A DNA stretch of 32,000 bases from Candidatus Saccharimonadota bacterium (GTDB lineage Bacteria > Patescibacteriota > Gracilibacteria > BD1-5 > UBA6164). The notes below the pieces were generated by a model, which was not told the DNA's origin, made no database searches, and was given only the letters and a program-made list of their open reading frames with translations. How positions within the stretch are numbered: the stretch's first letter is position 1; each line of letters starts with the position of its first letter. A program made the position numbers and the translations under genes. Location: positions 960,001 to 992,000 of the forward strand of contig OY782392.1 in assembly GCA_963677765.1 (NCBI GenBank), read 5' to 3'. Shown one piece after another: positions 19,221-27,360 of the stretch.

Positions 19221-20510
19221 ATGAAGTACATACAGAGTATATTATTAATACTTTTATCCTACTTTGGTTTATTTGTTTTTTCAAATGTAGAGCTAGCAAA
19301 TAGCTCTTTTTCTGCGTATGAAAATCAAATATTTGAATGATCTAATGATGTTAAAGTCAGAAAATTACAAGAAGTTTTTAAATGATTGGATTTATATGAA
19401 TGAAATGTTGATTGAAATTTTAATTCTATAAAATATATCCTACTTGATTATCAAGTTAAGGCTTGAATAATATCAAATTATGAAGATTATGGTGCTTGAT
19501 ATTTTTGAAACAAAACTATCGAAGCTTTAGAAAGGGATTATTGAGAAAAGTTTTTATCTTTAAAAGAAACTTATCTAAAAATTGATGAACCATCTTTAGA
19601 TGAAAGATATTTTTATGTTACAGCTTATTATTCTCCTCTTCCAGGTCAATCAAGGTATACTACAGGTAGTTATTCTTGAGATGTTAGACTTAATTGAGAA
19701 TGAAAAATAACAGCTTCATGAAAATGAGTTTTTTCTTGATTAATGGCGGCTCCTAGAAATTATGCTTATGGTACAAAAATATATTTAGAATGAATTTGAG
19801 TATGAAGTGTAGAGGATAGATGATGAGCTATTGTTAATGCTTGAGAGAGATGACATGATTATGATAGAATTGATATATGGATGTGATATTGAGATGAATG
19901 ATTAGAAAGAGCTTTGAAATGGTGAACTAGAAAAGTAAAATGATATGTTGTAGATGATAATGCTGAAATAAGTATTGAATTCGATGAATCTCCAGTTGAA
20001 AAATATAAATGATTACAAGCTTGACCTAATGATGAAGAAGTTAATAATATAGTAGAATTACAAAAATTACTTAGAGATATATGATTGTATAATTGATCTA
20101 TAGATTGAGATTATAATAAAATAAAAAATATATTGATAAAATATCAATTAGAAGCAGGAATTATATCCAATGAATTAGATTCTGCTGCATGATATTTTTG
20201 ACCTAAAACATTTGCTGCTATGAGAGAAGATTATGGTTCTTGAAATTGATTTTTTAAGGAAAAATATTATGAATGATCTGTTGATGATTTTGATGATAAT
20301 AGTTTTGAAATAGCTCAATCTAAGGCCTTGAAACTTCAAAAATTAAAGGAACAATTAGATAAAGTATTAGAGAAAAAATACTCATGAGATGCTCTTAGTA
20401 TAAATAGATTTAAAAATAAATTAAAATATAGTTTGGAACAAATTATTGATTCTTGAATTAGTAATGAAAAAAAATTAGAATTAATGTATTTTAAAAATAT
20501 ATTATATTAA
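19221..20510 (+). CDS. Secreted 3D-domain (MltA/Rpf-like) protein with two PG_binding_1-type repeats (429 aa)
   Basis: ATG 19221, TAA 20508-20510. Signal peptide. PG-binding repeats VRKLQEVFKGLDLYEGNVDGNFNSI...AGYFGNKTIEAL and VELQKLLRDIGLYNGSIDGDYNKI...AGYFGPKTFAAM. 3D domain VTAYYSPLPGQ...NGEGKITASGK...AAPRNYAYGTKIYLEGIGVGSVEDRGGAIV...RIDIWMGYGDEGLERALKWGTRKVKGYVV. Confidence 0.8.
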
Positions 20511-20515
20511 TATAT

Positions 20516-20545
20516 AAAAAAGTAGATTGTAAAGTCTACTTTTTT
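20516..20545 (+). terminator. Intrinsic terminator
   Basis: aaaaaagtaga-ttgtaaag-tctactttttt directly after the stop codon. Confidence 0.55.
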
Positions 20546-20603
20546 TGATGCCTATTTTTTATATGATAAAATAATATAAGTAATATTTAAAAAATAAAAT
20601 TAG

Positions 20604-22295
20604 ATGAAAAAATTATTAAGTATAAATACTATTATATTATTTTTTATAAGTTTATTTCCTACAAATCATGTTTGAGCTGTTAGTGATACATGATATTTTG
20701 TTGTAACTGCTTATTATTCACCATTACCTAATCAAGATAAATATTTAACAGGTAATTATGAATCAGAAAAAAGACTTAACTGACAATGAATTGCTTGAGC
20801 AAGCTGAAAGTCTGTTTTTTCATGAATGTTAGCTGCTCCAAAATCTTATAGTTTTGGTACAAAAATTTATTTAGAATGATTATGAATTTGAAGCGTAGAA
20901 GATAGAGGATGAGCTATTGTTCCAGCATGACAAAGAGGTTATAAACATGATAGAATTGATGTTTGGATGTGATATTGAGATGAGTGATTACAAAGAGCTT
21001 TATATTGGTGAAAGAGAACTGTAAAAGGTTATGTTGTTAATTCTAATTCAGAAGTTACTATAAATTATAATAATGTATCTTCTCCTAAGTGGGCTACTTC
21101 ATGATTATCTTCACAAAATGATGTTTTTAATTACTCTTTATGAATATGATCTGATATATCAAGAGTTAAAAAATTACAACAATTTTTTAAAGACTTATCA
21201 TTATATAATTGAGATATAGATTGAGTTTATAATAAGGAACTTACGAATATTGTTTATAGCTTTCAAGTTTCAAATGATATATTATCTAGTCAATATGACT
21301 TATGAGCATGATATTGGTGAGTAAAAACAAGAGGTTTATTCAAGAAAATGTATCTTAATTGAGAGTTTGATGATTTAGAATCAAATAAAGATTTATTATT
21401 TTCATTAAATAATTATTCTGAAAATAAAAAAGAAGAAATAAAAGAAGATAAAGAAGAAATTGAGATAAAAAATATAGAAGAAACTATAATAATAGAACAA
21501 GAAATAAAAGATAATATTGAATTATTAGAAGAAAATGATACTTCAAATAATTTTGAGTATAAGGCTAATGAATATATTGAATCAATAAAAACTGATATGA
21601 ATTTATTTGATTCATTTACAGATAATATATCTCAGGTAAAACAATTACAAAACATAATGTTTGATATGTGATATTATGAATGAGATATTAGTTGAAATTA
21701 TGATGATTTAATAAGTCCAATTTATAATTATCAAATTGATAATTGAATTGTTATTAATGAATCTAGTCCAGGTGCTTGATATTTTTGACCTAAAACTAGA
21801 GCTTCTATAAAAAATAAATATTTATCTTATTTAGAAGATTTAAAAAATACTAAGTTAGAAGAACTAAAATTAGCATATGAAAAAGAGCAAAGAGAATTAG
21901 AAGAGCAAAAAAGAAGGGAAGAGTTAGAACAAAAATATAAAGAATTAGAAAAATATGCTTTGGATATTGCTTCTAAAAAAATAGAGTTAATTTGAAATTT
22001 AAGACAATGAGAAGTTTCAAACTCAGTTAGAGAATTACAATTAGTATTAAAAGATTTATGATATTTTGATTATCAAGATACTGCAATTTTTTGACAAATT
22101 ACAAGAGAAGCTGTTATTGATTATCAATTGGATAAAAATATTATATCTTCAAAAGATGATATAGCTTCTTGAATTGTTTGACCTAAAACTTTAGACTCTA
22201 TAAAAAATGATATAAAATTATTGGTTTTACAAGAAAAAATCGAAACTGAACATACTTACTTAAAAGAGGTTGCAAGTATAGATTTATCACTATAA
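20604..22295 (+). CDS. Secreted 3D-domain protein paralogue with three PG-binding repeats and an E/K-rich coiled linker (563 aa)
   Basis: ATG 20604, TAA 22293-22295. The N-terminal 3D domain is highly similar by eye at DNA level to the 19221 gene (VTAYYSPLPNQ...GTKIYLEGLGIGSVEDRGGAIV...RIDVWMGYGDEGLQRALYWGKRTVKGYVV). Three repeats of type VKKLQQFFKDLSLYNGDIDGVYN / VKQLQNIMFDMGYYEGDISGNYD / VRELQLVLKDLGYFDY. Confidence 0.8.
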
Positions 22296-22296
22296 A

Positions 22297-22334
22297 AAAA
22301 TGAGATTATTATTCAAATATAATAATCTCATTTT
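22297..22334. terminator. Bidirectional hairpin between convergent genes
   Basis: Perfect 16-bp arms aaaatgagattattat / ataataatctcatttt with a 6-nt loop. It overlaps the 3' end of tilS (stop 22309-22311). Confidence 0.55.
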
Positions 22335-23289
22335 CTTTTTTTAGTTTCATTTTTTTTATTTCTTTTACTGTTTTATTATTTTTTCAATTAATAAATTTCA
22401 AAACTTCTTCTATATTAGCTTCACTAAGTCAAATAGTAGATTTGTTATTACTTATATAAAAAATATGTCTTATGATTTCTTTTTTTAAAATATTTTCAAG
22501 TTTATTAAAGTCACTTATATAAAAATATCAATATATCTCTAAAGTATTGATTTTGTACTTTCATGAATTAAATATTTTTATTCATTGTTCTTCTAAGAAT
22601 CATTCTATTCTATTATCAATTAACTCTTTTACTTCTTCTAAATAATTTATTAAGTTATTAAAGTTATTTTTATAGTTACTATTAATATGCTCAAATTGTG
22701 GTACTATGTCATGTCTTATTTTGTTTCTTGTTATATTTGTATCAAAGTTTGTTTCATCTATATTGTATTTTAGATTATTTTTATCTAAATATTCCAGTAT
22801 TTCACTTTTAGTTTTATTTATCAAGGGTCTTATTATTACTCATGATTTTTCTTTCATATTGATTAATCATGTAAGTTTACTTCATCTAGCAGCATTAAAT
22901 AAAAATGTTTCTATTCTATCATCTAAGTGGTGACCTGTTATGACTTTATCAGCTTGATAAATATTTAGTATTGCATTAAGAAAAGCATATCTTTTTTCAC
23001 GAGCAAGCTCTTCTAATCATTTATTTGGATATAACTTATCTCTTATTTCTTTTATATTTCAGCTTGCAATCTCTACTTTGAATCACATTTCTTCTCATAG
23101 TTTCTCTATAAAAGTTTCTTCTTGATCTGATTCTGGTCTTAGTTTGTGATTAAAATAACAAGCTACCAAATTTTTAGCATATTTTGTTTTTAGTATTTCG
23201 TAAATCAAATACATTGAATCTGGTCATGTTGAGCATGCTACAATTATAGGTTCGTTTTCATTATAGTATTTATCTAGTATTTTCTCCAT
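22309..23289 (-). CDS. tilS: tRNA(Ile)-lysidine synthase (326 aa)
   Basis: ATG 23289-23287, TAA 22311-22309, 981 nt. PP-loop IIVACSTGPDSMYL (a variant of SGGxDS), VITGHHLDDRIETFLFN, IIRPLINKTKSEI, DETNFDTNITRNKIRHDIVP. Confidence 0.85.
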
Positions 23290-23347
23290 TTTATCTTTTT
23301 TAATTTTATTGTTTCTAATATTATAAAAATTAGCTATATAGTCAAAA

Positions 23348-23383
23348 AATATGAACATTATTTATGATAATAATGTTCATATT
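23348..23383 (-). terminator. Hairpin terminator
   Basis: Perfect 15-bp arms aatatgaacattatt / aataatgttcatatt with a 6-nt loop, overlapping the stop at 23362-23364. Confidence 0.5.
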
Positions 23384-24207
23384 CATATAAGTATAGTTAT
23401 AGATATTGTAATAAAAAGTTCTTTTTTTGTAGGTTTATTTTTAAAAACTATAAATGCTATTATCATACTAATAGCTAAATAAATCATTCATATTAGTACT
23501 GTTTGAACTATTCATAGCTCTTTTATTAGAAATAATGTTATAAATGTTACACTTATCCATACTATATTTTCTAATAATATAAAACTAGACATTTTCTTGT
23601 TTATTCTTTTATAGCTATATATTTCTTTTGCTAGTATTATTATGATTAATAATATAATTGTTTTTATAAAGCTAGAATAAAACATTATTGATAATTCACT
23701 TATACTAATTAGTACAAATCAATATATTATAAATTTTGTTGCTTGCATAAATGATGATATCATTAATGCTAAACAATATTTATTAAACTTTATATTTTTG
23801 AAATTAATAGAACCTACTACTAAAATACTTCATGCTATAATAGCAAGTATAAATGTTATTATAGATGATTCTCAAAAAATAAAAAATCATAGCAATATAG
23901 CAAAAATTGATTGAAATTCTCAATAGGGAATTAATATACTCATTTTTTCATTTTTGTAGGCATATTGTTCAAATAATTCAGCTATTATATTTATAGATGA
24001 AGTAATTATTAATAAAATAAGGATTTTTAAATTTATAATTTCAAAACTATAAAATATATATGATATAGGTAATATAAGTAACATAAAAAGATTTCAAATA
24101 AATTGATAGTATTTATCTGAAATTTTTCACTTTGAAAGCATAACTGATTTTTTGTATATATTATCTCATATAGCTGATAATATAGCACTAATTATTCAAT
24201 ATATCAT
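23362..24207 (-). CDS. Polytopic membrane protein, EamA/DMT-like transporter (281 aa)
   Basis: ATG 24207-24205, TAA 23364-23362, 846 nt. About 9-10 hydrophobic segments in two similar halves. The family assignment rests on architecture only. Confidence 0.55.
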
Positions 24208-24247
24208 TTTTTTTTAAATTATTTATATTATTTTATCATTTAATTAA

Positions 24248-24281
24248 AAAAGAAACAAGATTATTTAATCTTGTTTCTTTT
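24248..24281 (-). terminator. Hairpin terminator
   Basis: Perfect 15-bp arms aaaagaaacaagatt / aatcttgtttctttt with a 4-nt loop, overlapping the stop at 24261-24263. Confidence 0.5.
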
Positions 24282-24560
24282 GTTTACAAACTCTAAAAAA
24301 TTATCATCTGGAGCTATTTTGTTTAATATCTCTTTTTCGCATTTTTTGCATTTATGCTTTATCATCCATCATTTATTTTTTTTGTAATCAATATCTATAG
24401 GTTCCATTATTGATAAACATTCACTACTTCTATCTCAAGGATAATCTTTATCTAGATGTTTTGAATGTAAGCAATGAGGACAATGATTTCTAGCACTTCA
24501 TTCAGGATGTTTTTCAATTTGTTTTCAACAGTTTTCACATGTAAAACTATCATTTATCAT
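24261..24560 (-). CDS. RNHCP-domain zinc-ribbon protein (99 aa)
   Basis: ATG 24560-24558, TAA 24263-24261, 300 nt. FTCENCGKQI...GSARNHCPHCLHSKHLD...HKCKKCEK contains the name-giving RNHCP motif plus CxxC pairs. Confidence 0.7.
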
Positions 24561-24575
24561 TTTAAATCACATAAA

Positions 24576-25616
24576 TTATTTTTGTAATATATAAAACATA
24601 ACTCAAAAAATAGAAAAAATTATTCATATTAACCATAATCTGAATACTACATTTTCTTCAGACCAACCTATAGCTTCAAGGTGGTGATGAAATGGTGCGA
24701 TTTTAAAAACTTTTTTACCATTTCTAAGTTTTTTGCTAGTTAATTGAATTATAACTGATATAGTTTCAAATATAAATATTGCTCATACAATAAATAATAT
24801 GAATATTGTATTTGTTAGCATCGCCATAATTCATAAGTTAGCTCATAATGCAAGGCTTCATACATCTCACATATAGAATTTTGCTGGTTTAACATTAAAC
24901 CATAAAAATGCTACTAAAGCTCATATAATTGTTATACATAAAGTTGATAATAAAAACATTCATTGATCATATGTAATATAAGCATAAACACTATAAGCAA
25001 ACAATAACAATCATCATGCTAATCAGTCTAATCAATCTGTTATATTTACACTATTTGCAGATGCTATTATAACAAATATAAACAAAGGTATAAAAAATAA
25101 TCCTAGTGATATTCATTCTCAAATTCATAAATTTAATGCTACATTTCACCAATCTAGTTTAAAGTAAAACCATAATGATCATAATAAAGCAAATAGAAGT
25201 AACCATATCATTTTGAACTTTGCTGATATTCATTTTGTTCTTCATATTCATTTTATATTCATATAATCATCAATCATTCATAAGAATCATACTGATGCTA
25301 ATGTAAATAATGATAAATATGTTTCTTTTTGATTTAGTAGACTATTATTAATTAATCCTATTTTTTGAAATATAATACTTATAAGTACCATAAAAAAAGT
25401 TATTACTAGTATCATTACTCATCACATAGTAGGTGTTCAAACCTTTTTTTTATGTAATTTTAAGAATTCTACAGCTTTTCACATAGTGGCTTCTTCTCTA
25501 ATTTGTTTTCAAAGCTTAAAATTTATTAAAAAATTTATGAAATATGGCATTGTTATCATTCATATAACATATGTTATGATTCAGAATGAAAACATTAAAA
25601 CTAAATATGAACTCAT
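24576..25616 (-). CDS. mraY: Phospho-N-acetylmuramoyl-pentapeptide transferase (346 aa)
   Basis: ATG 25616-25614, TAA 24578-24576, 1041 nt. GTPTMGG, GMIDDY, ANSVNITDGLDGLAGG, FYMGDVGSLALG, APFHHHLEAIGWSE. Most conserved Gly are TGA, while the conserved Trp is TGG. Confidence 0.9.
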
Positions 25617-25741
25617 CTTTTCTTTTTTAAAAAATACTTGAATTAGTTTATAAAAAAGTCTTAGTTTTACAAGTTTACTTTACAAAAAAGAATTAAGGAC
25701 TAAACTATCTTTCATATTAATTTTTAAAAAATTATCTAAAA

Positions 25742-26428
25742 ATGGAATTAACAAAAGTTATAATTACCGCTATGAAGGAAGAAGCTGATTTAATAATAAA
25801 AAAGTTTGATTTAAAAGAAGAAAAAAAACTAAAAAATATATCTATATATGAATGATATAGGGATTTAGATTGAGAAAAAGAAAAAATAGTATTAGCTTTG
25901 TCTTGAATATGAAAAATCCAATCTTCTATTGCTACTACTTACCTTTTTGAAAATTATCAAATAGATAAATTAGTTAATATAGGTATTGCTTGAAGCCTTA
26001 ATAATATGGATGTAAAAGTAGGAGATGTATATTTACCAAATACTTTTGTTCAACATGATATGTATTTACCTTTTGAAGGGGAACATCTTGATTATGCTAA
26101 AAAACCTATATTTTTAAACTATGCTATATGAGAAAATATAGATTTAAATAAATTTGGTTTAGTTTTAAACTGAGTCTGTGCAACCTGAGATGAATTTGTT
26201 GATAACGAAGATAGAATTAATGACTTAAATAATTCATTTGCTGCTGATATATGTGAAATGGAAGCATTTTCTGTCTTATCTGTAGCAAGAGAGTATGATT
26301 CTTTGGATAAATGTGTTGTAATTAAAGCTGTATCTGATTGAGCTGATAATGATGCAAAAGATGATCATATGAATAATTTGGATTTTGCTATGAATAATAG
26401 TATTTGAGTTTTAGAAATTGTATTATAA
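25742..26428 (+). CDS. mtnN: MTA/SAH nucleosidase (PNP_UDP_1 family), 228 aa
   Basis: ATG 25742, TAA 26426-26428. VIITAMKEEADLI, IVLALSGIGKIQSSIATTYL, VNIGIAGSL, VGDVY, ICEMEAFSVLSVA, IKAVSDGAD. Confidence 0.8.
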
Positions 26429-26456
26429 AAGACTAGATAATTTTATCTAGTCTTTT
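26427..26456. terminator. Palindromic bidirectional terminator
   Basis: aaaagactagataa-tt-ttatctagtctttt overlaps both convergent stop codons (26426-26428 and 26458-26456). Confidence 0.55.
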
Positions 26457-27130
26457 TAGTATTTTTCAGTATATATTGATTCTTTATTAAATCATTTATT
26501 TATAAGTAATTTTTCTGCTGAGTCTATCATAGCAGGTATTCAACATATATAGAATTCTTCATAATTTTTTATAGTTTCTTTGTTTAGAAAATCTGTTACA
26601 TATCATTTATTATACTTATTTGATTCAGATGAAGTATATATATAAAAATCAAAATTATTATGTTTTTCTTTTAATTTTTTTAGTTGTTCTATATAAAATA
26701 GATCTTTTTCTTCTCTTGTTCAAAAAATAAGTGTAAAGTTGCATTCTAGATTATTCTCTAATCATCATATTATTTGATTATATAGTGGGACAAATCATGT
26801 TCATGTTCATAAAAATAATTTATTTTTATTTGAGTTGTTAAGAATAAAATGCCCTGCAGGTCAAACTCATCTTACTTTGTCTCAAGTATTTAGTTCACAT
26901 AAAAATTTACTACCTCATCTTCATCATTCGTTTAGTTCCCGTTTTTTTATAATAAGAGTTATTTCTTTTCAATTATTTTCTAATATGGAATAAGCTCTTC
27001 AACCAATATTTAATAAAAATGTTATAAATTGTCATGATTTAAAGCTAAACTCTTTTTCTCACTTAAATATTAATTCATATACATTATGAGTTAAGTTTGA
27101 TTTTTTTATTAATTCAAATTCTTGTATCAC
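26456..27130 (-). CDS. Ferredoxin-reductase-type FAD/NAD(P)-binding oxidoreductase (224 aa)
   Basis: GTG 27130-27128 (no in-frame ATG before the upstream TAA), TAA 26458-26456, 675 nt. SGQFITFLL..GGRAYSI (RxYS FAD motif), GGRGGSKFLCEL, VRGVGPAGHF, LFLGTGTGFVPL, ICGIPAM. Confidence 0.75.
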
Positions 27131-27192
27131 TTTTAATATTATTAATCATTATTAATTTATTTATAATTATTTTAGTATTAAAATCAAAAAAT

Positions 27193-27240
27193 AAAATATA
27201 AAAATACTTATAAATAAAACTATAAGTATTTTTATATTTT
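27193..27240. repeat. Perfect 20-bp inverted repeat in a divergent intergenic region
   Basis: aaaatataaaaatacttata (27193-27212), an 8-nt loop, then tataagtatttttatatttt (27221-27240). It lies between two divergently transcribed genes, so it terminates neither. Confidence 0.6.
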
Positions 27241-27360
27241 AAAATAATTATTTATGTAATATTAAATAAATAAGTCAAAGGTTTTTTCCTAAATAGTTTT
27301 TATTTATTTCTTAGTAGGATATACTTTTATTACTATTTTATTCTTTTTATATATTTTTTT

